Source of the DNA: Dictyostelium discoideum
Lineage: Eukaryota
NCBI GenBank assembly: GCA_000004695.1
Contig: CM000152.2
Span: 1,024,001-1,088,000 of the forward strand
Reading direction: 5' to 3'
DNA length: 64,000 nucleotides
The notes under the pieces were generated by a model. That model made no database searches. It was not told the DNA's origin and saw only the letters and a list, made by a program, of their open reading frames with translations. This document shows, piece after piece, positions 53,538 through 64,000 of this stretch (positions are counted from its first letter, which is position 1; every line of letters begins with the position of its first letter). The translations under genes and the position numbers were made by a program.

Positions 53538-53754
53538 TTAGTATTTTATTTCACCTGTCAAATTAAAAGAAAATTTAGAAAACTTACGATGATTCTTTTT
53601 GAGCAATACAAATCATATCAGTTTGGTATTCAGCTGGAAAATATTGAGCTGCTAAAGCTTGCATTTGTGCACAATCTAAATTGGCACCTTCAGTGCTTCC
53701 AATAAAAGCTAAATAAGCTGCAATTAATGAAATAATAACAGATTTTCCAAACAT
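52940..53754 (-). CDS. C-type (GH22, lysozyme C/alpha-lactalbumin family)-like lysozyme with signal peptide and Ser/Gly-rich C-terminal tail, 3 exons (53588..53754, 53321..53480, 52940..53212), 199 aa
   Basis: MFGKSVIISLIAAYLAFIGSTEG|ANLDCAQMQALAAQYFPAEYQTDMICIAQKESSWNPTATNPSSSATGLWQDLASHCGELCKCTGKTDLMNPDVNAACAAAILKAQGLNAWTTWSSGLCKGWNTCM.. aligns with hen lysozyme (..WVCAAKFESNFNTQATN..GILQINSRWWC..CAKKIV..GMNAWVAWRNRCKG..). Cys spacing and the catalytic Glu (KES) are kept; the second catalytic Asp is not obvious. Donors are GTAAGT (both introns); acceptors AAAAG and TTAAAG. The tail (SGS)n is encoded by 18-bp tandem repeats. Confidence 0.6.
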
Positions 53755-53825
53755 GTTTTTTTTTAATAAATAATTTAAATAATAATAAAATATACAAAAA
53801 AAGGTTAAATAGGGTAGAGGAAATG

Positions 53826-53858
<33 letters not shown>

Positions 53859-54224
53859 AAAAAGTAAAATAAAAAAAAAAAAGTAAAATGAAAAAAAAAA
53901 ACCTCTTTGTTATTAAACTGAAAATAAGTTTCGTTGCCCGATTTTTTTAAATTAAAGTGGGAAGAAAAAAAAAAAATATTCGGTATCCTGGTGCATATTT
54001 TTGTAAATAAAAAATTTTTTTGTTTTTTTTTTATTTTTTTTGCAGATATTTATAGCAGTTTGAAATGAAAAAAGAAAAGTTAATATAAAATTTTTATTGG
54101 GGCTAAAAAGATTTGTTGAGAAAAAAAAAAAAAAAAAATAAAAAAGATCTTATCAAACTATTTCCAATCAAACTTTTATTTTATTTTATTTTATTTTTTT
54201 TTTTTTTATTTTCTTGTTTTTTTA

Positions 54225-55080
54225 TTCGCTCTACCCTATTTTGAAGGAGGAGGAAGAGTAGTTTTACTTTTTTTTTTTTAATAAGTAACTGCATAGATTG
54301 CTAAGTTTGGTTCATTGTGACCTGCAATAATTGCACCAAAACCAAAGGTACTATTTTATTTTAATAATTTAAAATTAGTTTTACATACAATTATTATTTT
54401 TATTATTTATTATTATTAATTTTAAAAATATTAAACTTACGTGTTTCTTTCAATTGCTGGAATGTAAGTTGGGAGAGTAAGTTCACCATTTTCCATTCTT
54501 CTGATATTCCAAATTTGGACATAATCCTTTGCACCAATGTTTGGATTAACACCAATGAAGAGATTTGAGATATCAGTAACTAAATTATTATTTTTAATTT
54601 GGAAATCATATTGAGCAAAATGAGTTCCGTTTAAGTCCCATTCTGATTTTTTACTAGATTCTAATGTTACATCAAAGCATTTTGAAATTTCAATACAATT
54701 ACAAGAACCCTTCATGGTATAGCAAATTCTGCCAGCACCACATGGATTATTAGTATAACAACCATAATGATTAGCATAAGCAAAAGCAACTGTTAAGATA
54801 AAAATACATAAGACTGCTAAGAATTTCATTTTGATAGTTTTTAAATTATAATTATATTTTTTAAAATAAAAAAAGTTATTTAATTATTAAATATGTTAAT
54901 TTGTTGTTTTGATTGTTAATGATTGTTTTTTTTTTAAAAAAGAATTTCTATTTATAAATTTTTTTTTTACTGCATACATTTATTTACTCTTATTTAATTT
55001 ATAAAATTATAAAAAAAATTTAATTACAAACAATTTTTTAAAAAAAATAATAGATCAAAATTATTTTAAATTTTGTAAAA

Positions 55081-55090
<10 letters not shown>
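54225..55090. repeat. About 0.9-kb duplicon copy 2 (carries T2)
   Basis: See copy 1. Confidence 0.75.
54278..54829 (-). CDS. Small secreted CBM49-like protein family member T2 (protein identical to T1), 2 exons (54441..54829, 54278..54350)
   Basis: Exon-1 ORF is 100% identical in protein to 47309..47701, with a few synonymous nucleotide differences (for example tctaccggc vs tctgccagc). Same GTAAGT donor and same exon 2 TFGFGAIIAGHNEPNLAIYAVTY*. Confidence 0.7.
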
Positions 55091-55124
<34 letters not shown>

Positions 55125-55289
55125 CAGTTTTACAATTAAAAAAATTAAATAAAAACAAATCATAATTTTTAAAAATTATGTGGTAATAAAATATTAATTT
55201 TTTTTCCAAACATATTATTTAATATATAAATTAAATAAAAATAAAATATATAAAACGATTGAAATATCTTTTTTTTTTATACAGGAATC

Positions 55290-55500
55290 TCATTTATTTA
55301 TCTTCACTGTTGGTTTTGCTTAAGGTCGTGATAACAATCTATGTGGCACTTGTAGAATTAGTGTCACCTCAAATGGTTCGTGTAAATGTGTTGAAAACTC
55401 AAAATCCACTGATGTCACTATTGATACTACAAAACAATTTGAATTTGAAGGTTCTTGATGATGCTTACCAGGTAGGCGGAGGATATCAAAATACTAAGTT
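55290..55500 (+). pseudogene. Inverted (plus-strand) pseudogene fragment of the small-secreted-protein family
   Basis: Plus-strand frame reads ..FA*GRDNNLCGTCRISVTSNGSCKCVENSKSTDVTIDTTKQFEFEGS*, compared with S1 ..FAYGCKNSPCGAKEVSVTSNGSCKCVKASDFNAVTVETTKQSEWD.. It has an in-frame stop (TAT to TAA) and no ATG. Confidence 0.5.
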
Positions 55501-55904
55501 ATGGTAAAATTAAATAATTATTCAAAAAAAAATTAATTTAATTATATTATTACCCCAATTCAATAAAATAGAAATTATAATATTGTTGTTAAAAAAAAAA
55601 AAAAAGAAAAAAAAAATTATTTGTTTATTACTCAATCCAATAATATTGTTTTTAAAAAAAAAAAAAAAATTAAAAAGAAAAATTTAATTATTAACCAATT
55701 CAAAAATTTTAATTTATAATAACAAATATAAAAAAAAAATGTAATCATCAAATGAGCCATGTCAAGGACACAAAAATTTTGAAATTCCTTTTACAAGGTT
55801 AATAAATAAAAAAATGTTTTAAAAAATTTAAATGTTTTAATAATAACTATTTTTTTAATTATAAAATACTTAAAAAAAGATTTTATCAAATTATTTTCCA
55901 AACT

Positions 55905-56780
55905 TTTATTTTTTTTTTTTTTTCAAGGAGTAGTTTTACTTTTATTTTTTTTTTTTAATAAGTAACTGCATAGATTGCTAAGTTTGGTTCATTGTGACCT
56001 GCAATAATTGCACCAAAACCAAAGGTACTATTTTATATTAAAAATTTAAAATTAGTTTTACATACAATTATTATTATTATTATTATTTTCATTATTATTA
56101 TTGATTTAAAAAATATTAAACTTACGTGTTTCTTTCAATTGCTGGAATGTAAGTTGGGAGAGTAAGTTCACCATTTTCCATTCTTCTGATATTCCAAATT
56201 TGGACATAATCTTTTGCACCAATGTTTGGATTAACACCAATGAAGAGATTTGAGATATCAGTAACTAAATTATTATTTTTAATTTGGAAATCATATTGAG
56301 CAAAATGAGTTCCATTTAAGTCCCATTCTGATTTTTTACTAGATTCTAATGTTACATCAAAGCATTTTGAAATTTCAATACAATTACAAGAACCCTTCAT
56401 GGTATAGCAAATTCTACCGGCACCACATGGATTATTAGTATAACAACCATAATGATTTGCATAAGCAAAAGCAACTGTTAAGATAAAAATACATAAGACT
56501 GCTAAGAATTTCATTTTGATAGTTTTAATTTTAATTTATTTTTTTAAAAAAAAAAAGTTATTTAATTACTAAATATATGTTAATAAGTTTGATTGTTAAT
56601 GATTTTTTATTTTAAAAAAATTTCTATTTATACATTTTCCAATATTTTTTTTTTTTTTTTTTTTTTTTTAATAATAAATACTTTTATTTAATTTATAAAA
56701 AAGTAAAAAAATTTAATTACAAACAATTTTAAAAAAAAAAATAGTAGATCAAAATTATTTTAAATTTTGTAAAATCTTTT
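55905..56780. repeat. About 0.9-kb duplicon copy 3 (carries T3)
   Basis: See copy 1. Confidence 0.75.
55955..56514 (-). CDS. Small secreted CBM49-like protein family member T3 (protein identical to T1/T2), 2 exons (56126..56514, 55955..56027)
   Basis: Identical protein; synonymous differences from the other two copies (atcttttgc vs atcctttgc; ttccattt vs ttccgttt). Confidence 0.7.
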
Positions 56781-57008
56781 TTTTTTTTTTTTATACTATT
56801 AAAAAATTAAATAAAAAAAACAAATAATAATTTTTAAATTATGGTAATAAATATTAATTTTTTTTTTTTTTTCATTTAAAAACAAAGAACATATGTATTA
56901 TAAATTATTATTATTATTATTATACAAGTCATATTTATTTTATTTGTTTATTTATTTTATTTTATTTATTCTAATTTTTTTTTTTTTTTTTTTTTTTTTA
57001 TATCACTA

Positions 57009-57556
57009 TTAATACAAATGAAGTAAATCACTATTTTCAGATTGAGATAAAGATTTCTTTGCTTTCTTTAATAAATCCAATTTATAAATACATTCGTTTC
57101 TCTTGGCAACTACTAATTCGTTCTCTCTGAGTAATTGATCAACAGAGGATTGATCGTACAATGAATCTATTAATTCTTTTTGAAGGATATCCTTTGATTT
57201 ATCAATTAATAATAATGATACTAATTTCATAGTATTTTGTTGAAGATTAAATTGAGCTATATCATTATAAGCTAATAATAATCTTCTAAGTAAATAAATT
57301 TGTTTCTTTTCATCTTCTGTTATATCATTAAGTCCATATTGTTCTAATTTGAATTTATCATCAAATATTAAATTTTGTTTTTTTAAATGTTGTTGTTGTT
57401 GTTGTTGTTGTTGCTGCTGAATTTGAATTTCATGTGATTGTTGTTGTTTTGGTTGTGGTGGTGATGGTGGTGATGGTGGTGAAGATGATGAACCAAATAT
57501 TCTTGATAAGAAACCTGATTGTTGCTTTTGTTGTTGTTGTTGTTGTTGTTGATATG

Positions 57557-57587
<31 letters not shown>

Positions 57588-59539
57588 CTGCTGTTTAATT
57601 TGATTATCAATTGGATAAGAACGATCAATATTATAAGGATTTAAAGCATCGTTATAAGGATTAGAATTTTGTGGTAAAGGTAATGATGATGATGATGATG
57701 TTGGTGATGATGATGTTGATGATGTTGATTGAAAAGCACCTTGTGGTACCACAAAAGAGGATGAAGATGAAGAAAATAATAAATTATTTAATTGGTAAAG
57801 ATAATTTGGATGATTAGTATTAATAAAAGACATTTCAGCATCAACCATTTGAGAGATTGATTGATTACATTCTTTAACTAATTTTCTAAGTGCATTATTT
57901 GAAACTTCAACAATACGTTCTTTTAAAATTGGGAATCTTGATAAAACATGAGAATAATCAGCTTGAGTTAAAATTCTTATCAATTCATCTAAAATGATTT
58001 CAGATGTTTGAATTAATGGTTCTCTAACTCTTTCCAATTGTTTACGAATGAGTGAATCAAATATTTTTTGAGGTATAAACATTGTTGATCCTGAATTTCT
58101 AAGTGCAATTTTTAATTGTTGATCTGATAACCAACCAAAAGGCTCACCACCACCACTATTATCAGTTGATGTTGTTGCTGCTGCTGCTGTTGTCGATTGA
58201 AAAGCTTTTGAAAATATGTATCTTATACGAGCACCACCATTAAATTCATTTAAAATTAATTCTTCATTAGTGCCATCTAAATCAGCTCTGTATTTTCTTG
58301 AGAATTCATTTAGAATATCTAAGAGTAATCTTGATTTCTCAGCAGATCTAAGTGGTATTGGTTCACCATATTTCTCTAAATCTGATTCATACTTTTTAAT
58401 TAATTGTCTAATTTGATTCTTCACTGATGGAAAAGTGTCACGAATATGTTTAGTTAAGATTTTATTACATTTCTGAGCCAAATATTTAGTACCCAATTGA
58501 TTGGTAATTCTATGATAAACTGGATGTTGATCAAACCATTTCCATTCGTCAGCCAACATTTGTTCGATTGGTTTCCTATTGTTTATATCTTGTTGTGACC
58601 TATTTACAACACCGACGAAACCCAAACTCAATGGTATTGAATTACCTAATAGAATATCGATTGCATCGGTACCCTTATCCATTAGATCTAATTTTGTCAA
58701 TACACCAATGGTACGTTTACCTAATGGATCAACTTGTTGGGCTAACTTTAATGCATCCGATGTAACTATATCCTGATTGGCGGGTGTAATCGCTAAAATT
58801 ATTGAATTTGGGTTACTTATATAATCGATAATCATTGATTTAATCTTTTCCTCAATGTCAGGTGGTTGATCCTCAATTGCAACACGTGTTAAACCTGGTA
58901 AATCTACCAATGTCAATGGTACAACCTTTGGTGAATAAATCTTTAAAACTATGGGTTCTGATGATATATCTTTATTTGGTCCTGCAATTCTCTCTGTCTC
59001 TCTCTCAATCTCTTCTTTTATCTCTTGAAAATTAAATCTATTTGTTCCTGTATGTCCAAATTCTCCCCATTCCTCTAAACTATTATCATCATTATCATTA
59101 TCATAATAATTATCATCTTCATCTTCATCTTCATTTTCATTTACATTATTTCTACTAGTAGTAGTAGTTTGATATAATTGTAATACCAATGGTCTTCTTG
59201 TTACTAAACCACTACCTCTTGGTAAGAAATCACGACCGACCAAATTCTCTAAAACTGAACTTTTACCAGATGATTGTGATCCAACAACTATAATTTGTGG
59301 TAGAGTAATCTCTGACCCAATTAATGCTGCATTCTCTTGTAATTTATTTATAATTGGTAAAAGTGATGCTCCAACTGTTTCATTAAAAGTTTCATTATTT
59401 TTAAATAATTGTTGTTGTTGTTTAGCATAATTTAATTTTGTACTTGAATAGAAATGTCTCAAAACTTTTTTATCAATATTATTATTTTGAATGAAAAATT
59501 TACTAATATTATTATTATTATTATTATTATTTTTATTAA

Positions 59540-59578
<39 letters not shown>

Positions 59579-59771
59579 TATTATAGATTTTTAAATTTTT
59601 TTGAAATTCATTTTGGAATTGTATAGAGTATTTATATTGTGAGTAATATTTTTTATTTTTAATAGTATAATTTAAAGTTGATAATTTATTGATTATAATC
59701 GGATAAATATATTGTTGATAATTAATTGCGACATCACCTGATGCCTTTAATATTGCTGTTGAACTCAACAT
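57009..59771 (-). CDS. dymB: Dynamin B (dynamin-family large GTPase with N-terminal mitochondrial-type presequence and poly-N/poly-Q inserts), single exon, 920 aa
   Basis: GTPase domain with P-loop GSQSSGKSSVLENLVGRDFLPRGSGLVTRRPLVLQL, plus DLPGLT and TKLD motifs, followed by middle and GED regions. The long N-terminal extension MLSSTAILKAS.. and the 920-aa length match Dictyostelium dynamin B as recalled. Confidence 0.8.
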
Positions 59772-59775
59772 TGTA

Positions 59776-59851
<76 letters not shown>

Positions 59852-60781
59852 GTTTATTTTATTTTATTATTTTTTTATTTTTTATTTGATTATTATTATT
59901 TTTTTTATTTGATTTATTTAATTGTTGTTTGGATTTTTTTTTTTTTTTTTTTTTTAAAGAAAAAAAATAAATTAAAAAAAAATAAAAAAAAAATAAAAAA
60001 ATAAAAAAAAAATAAAAATCCAAACAACAATTTGTTGTTTTTCTTTGAAAATTGTGCCATAATAATTATCCTGCCCATTTTTTTGAATTTTATTAATAGT
60101 TTTAAAAAATAAATCATATTACTTATCAGAAAATAAAATAAAAATAGTTTTTTAATAATCATTTTTCATTTTAATAATATACAAAGAAAAAAAAAAAAAA
60201 AAAAAAATACAAAAACAGGAAAAAAAAAAAACTAAAGGAAAAAATAAATATAAAATTATATATTAAAAATTTAAGTTTTGTTTTATTTGATCTCAAATGG
60301 TTTTAAAAGAGTTTATTTAATTAAATTATCATTTGATTTGGAAACTGGTAACCTTGAAAAAACTAAATTCCCTATACAGTATTATAATAGATTTATATTA
60401 TCAATAATAAATTAAATAAATACATATATATAAAAAAAAATTTTTTTTTTCCAAACCTGGAAAAAATAATAATTTTAAATACACACAAGAGAAAAGTTCC
60501 TTTAATTTATGAGTCATAACTTGGGTTGTATAAATTTTTAAAAATTTAAAAAAAAAAAATAAAAAAAAAAAAAAAAAAAAAAAAAACTTTTTATTTTTGT
60601 TTCAAATTTTTTTTTTTTTTTTTTTAATGAAGTGGACCACCTATTTTTACATTAAATAATAACTTCTCAAAAAAAAAAAAAAAAATAGAATATTTAAAAC
60701 AAACAAATAAACTTCAATTGATATTATTGTAATTTTAAATAAATAAATAAATAAATATATAATAAAATATATTTAAAGTAT

Positions 60782-61461
60782 AATAAAAGATATGGAGTAT
60801 AATAAAGGAAATACAGGTTATAATTCAGGTGAAAATTACCCATCAATGGGTAAGTAGTAGTGATTATAAAATAGAAGGAGTAAAAATAAAAAATATAGGT
60901 GTTAATATTAATTTTTAAATATATATATATGTATATAGATCAATATAACTATGGTCAAGGTAATATGGGTAATATGGGTAATATGGGACAACAATATCAA
61001 CCACCACAACAACAACAACAACCACCACAACAACAACAACAACATAATAGCGGATTTGGTTTCCCATCACCAACACTTTATAATATGAACGCACAACAAC
61101 AACAACAACAACAACAACAACACCAACAACAACAACATCATAATCAACAAACATCACCAATGTATGGTAATAATGGTGGTTTCAATCAATTTAATAATAA
61201 TGATGTATGTTAAAAATAGAAATTTAAATAATGTAGATAATCATTAATGAAATACTCATTCTTTTATTTTATTTTAATATTTATATATATATATTTATTT
61301 AGAATTCACACTATTCACCACCACAACAAGGTGATATGTCAAGACAATTCATTTCACAAATTAGCGATAACCCATTAACACAAGCAGGTTTAACTTATGG
61401 GTTAAATTATGGTCAAACCTTATTTTCAGGTGGTAAACAATATGTAGATTCAAATGTGAGT

Positions 61462-61534
<73 letters not shown>

Positions 61535-62368
61535 AAAAAAAGAGAGTTAATATATTAATATATAAAAATATATTTCTTTTTTTTTTTTTTTTTTAAAAAT
61601 TTTTATTTTATAGTTTGGAAAATATTTTTCATTTTCAACATTAAAATCATATTTCAATGTAAACAATTCATATGTATTTAATAAAATAAAATTATTGATT
61701 TTCCCATATACTCAAAAGACATGGAAGAGAAGAATTGGTAGAACAAGTGATGTTGATAGTTATCTTCCACCAAGAGATGATATTAATGCACCAGATTTAT
61801 ATATTCCTTTGATGGCATTCATCACTTACTTTTTATTGTATGGTTTTCAAATGGGTATGGAAAAGAAATTCTCTCCAGATTATTTAGGTGCTTGTATCAC
61901 TAAAGGTATAGTTTTTTGGGCAATCGAATTATTGATCTTCAAATGTGGTTTCTTTTTTTCAAATTCAAATTCAATTCCATTCTATGATATGATATCTTAT
62001 TCTGGTTATAAATATGTTTTGTAAGTTTATTAATAATAATAATAATAATAATATCTTAATTTAATTATTTATTATATTACTAATAATTATTAATTATTTA
62101 TTAATTATTTTTTAATTATTATTATTTTAGAATGGTTATATTCCAAATTGCAACAATTTTACTTGGTAGTTATGTATCATACATTATAAAATGTGTATTA
62201 TCAGTATCAATTGCATTTTTCATGTTAAAAACATTAAGATTAGTTTTCTCCTCAGTTTCTGGTGCTCATGACCACATCTCACCAGATTATCATGAATCAG
62301 GTAAAATAAAAAATTACTTTGTATTTGGTTTTTCAGTTGCTCAAGCTTTATTATGTTTTTTAGTTTAA
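60782..62368 (+). CDS. Yif1-family (Yip1-interacting factor) Golgi membrane protein, 5 exons (60782..60839, 60939..61204, 61303..61455, 61614..62020, 62131..62368), about 373 aa
   Basis: Exon 4 reads ..FGKYFSFSTLKSYFNVNNSYVFNKIKLLIFPYTQKTWKRR...DDINAPDLYIPLMAFITYFLLYGFQMGMEKKFSPDYLGACI.. and exon 5 ..SYSGYKYVLMVIFQIATILLGSYV..FMLKTLRLV.., matching YIF1 (VNAPDLYIPAMAFITYVLV, RFSPDLLG, FLGYKYVGMI). Exon 2 is a Q/N/G-rich insertion. Donors are GTAAGT, GTATGT, GTGAGT and GTAAGT; all acceptors are T-rich ..AG, with phases consistent. Confidence 0.7.
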
Positions 62369-62801
62369 GATGAATAAAATATTTATATAAATAATAAAAA
62401 TAAAAAAAATAAAAAAATAAAAAAAAAAAAAATAAAAAAAAAAAAAAGAAAAATTAAAAATAGAATTTAAAAATAGAATTTTTATTTAAAGAAATAAAAT
62501 GTAAAACAAAAATTAAATTAATAAAGAAAACGAGAGAGATTTTTAAAAATTAAATAATAACATTTTATTTTATTTTATTTTTTTTTAATTTTTATTTTAT
62601 TTTATTTTTCTTTTTTTTTTTTTGATTCCTTTTCTTCACTTTCTTCTTTTCTTTCTTCGACTTACTATAATATATATATTATTGTTGTTTTTGTTTTTGT
62701 TTTTGTTTTTGTTTTGGTTTTTGTTTTTGTTTTGGTTGTTTTTTTAATTCTTTATTTTATTATTATTTTATTTTGTTTTTTTCTTTTCGAAATAATCTTA
62801 T

Positions 62802-63360
<559 letters not shown>

Positions 63361-63436
63361 TTATATAAATACAGAGAAAAAAAAGAGATAAATATAAATT
63401 TGATTTTATAAATTGCGAATATAAAAAAAAAAATTG

Positions 63437-63469
<33 letters not shown>

Positions 63470-63623
63470 ATTTTTCAAAATTAATTTTTTTCTTTTTTTT
63501 TCCATTTTTTTTTTTTTAATTTTTTTTTTTTTTTAATTAATTTTGAGTTGGTTTATGCCTTGTTTCTGATTCTTTTTTTTTTATTTATTTATTTATTATT
63601 TTTTTTTTTACAAATAGTTTTAT

Positions 63624-64000
63624 TTATTTTTTATTTGAATAGTCTCTTTCACCAAATATGGCACTACCAACACGAACGCTTGTTGAACCAAATTCAATCT
63701 GGAATTTAAAAAAAAAAATAATAAAAAAAATAAAAAAATTAAAAAATAATTAATATTTTTGGAAATTTCCACTAAAAAAAAGGATTTATTTTTGGAAAAA
63801 AAAAAAAAAAAAAAATACTTACAGCAGGTTCAAAATCGTGACTCATTCCCATTGATAATTCTATTGAATCCAATGGTATATTTAATTGTTTTGAAATATT
63901 ATTTTTACAATCTACTAAACATTTAAAATCTGGTTGATCAGGTGTGGCATTTGGATTACCAATTGTCATTAAACCTAAAAAGTTTAATGAATTTTTACAA
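63624..64000 (-). CDS. Pyridoxal-phosphate homeostasis protein (YggS/PROSC/PLPHP family), 3' part; 2 exons in window (63822..64000 continuing upstream, 63624..63698)
   Basis: ..[59 protein letters not shown]|[24 protein letters not shown] carries the conserved [23 protein letters not shown] motif of YggS/PROSC. Donor GTAAGT at 63821, acceptor TTCCAG at 63699. The 5' end runs past the window edge. Confidence 0.7.

Noticed and set aside
55259-55507. ORF 55259..55507 (+), 82 aa, as a real gene
   Set aside because: A different frame of the same DNA shows clear but stop-interrupted homology to the small-secreted family; it is treated as an inverted pseudogene fragment instead.

Overview
The window is AT-rich (about 75-80% A+T) eukaryotic nuclear DNA with the hallmarks of Dictyostelium discoideum (Amoebozoa): long poly(A)/poly(T) intergenic tracts, (AAT)n/(CAA)n codon repeats giving poly-N/poly-Q proteins, and short AT-rich GT..AG introns. 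I reconstructed about 27 protein-coding genes plus one tRNA by hand-splicing the ORF track.

Genes called with good support:
- Housekeeping: ribosomal proteins P1 and L5, pyruvate dehydrogenase E2 (two lipoyl domains), dynamin B, NEDD8, a Yif1 homologue, SRP receptor beta, an MBOAT lysophospholipid acyltransferase, an FGGY glycerol-kinase-like enzyme, an Mpv17/PMP22 protein, and a partial PLP-homeostasis (YggS/PROSC) protein at the window edge.
- Signalling and cytoskeleton: an ankyrin-SAM-TKL kinase, a DH/PH RacGEF, a RhoGAP-like protein, and a roughly 1940-aa coiled-coil protein ending in a fimbrin-type 4xCH actin-binding region.
- Membrane: a roughly 1370-aa, six-exon type-I EGF-like/TM glycoprotein.
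- A tRNA-Asn(GUU) with a downstream external B box, flanked by complex sequence islands consistent with tRNA-targeted retroelement (TRE) remnants.

The most interesting part is 42.8-56.8 kb, a mosaic tandem-duplicated accessory cluster on the minus strand. It holds six intact two-exon genes for small secreted CBM49-like carbohydrate-binding proteins, with (AAT)n-filled introns; three of these copies differ only by synonymous changes. It also holds two pseudogene copies (one inverted), one intact three-exon C-type (GH22-like) lysozyme with a Ser/Gly-rich tail, at least four decayed or scrambled fragments of that lysozyme, conserved promoter blocks (one orphaned), and a frameshifted Harbinger/PIF-type transposase remnant. 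Together this looks like a rapidly evolving secreted lysozyme plus carbohydrate-binding-protein locus.
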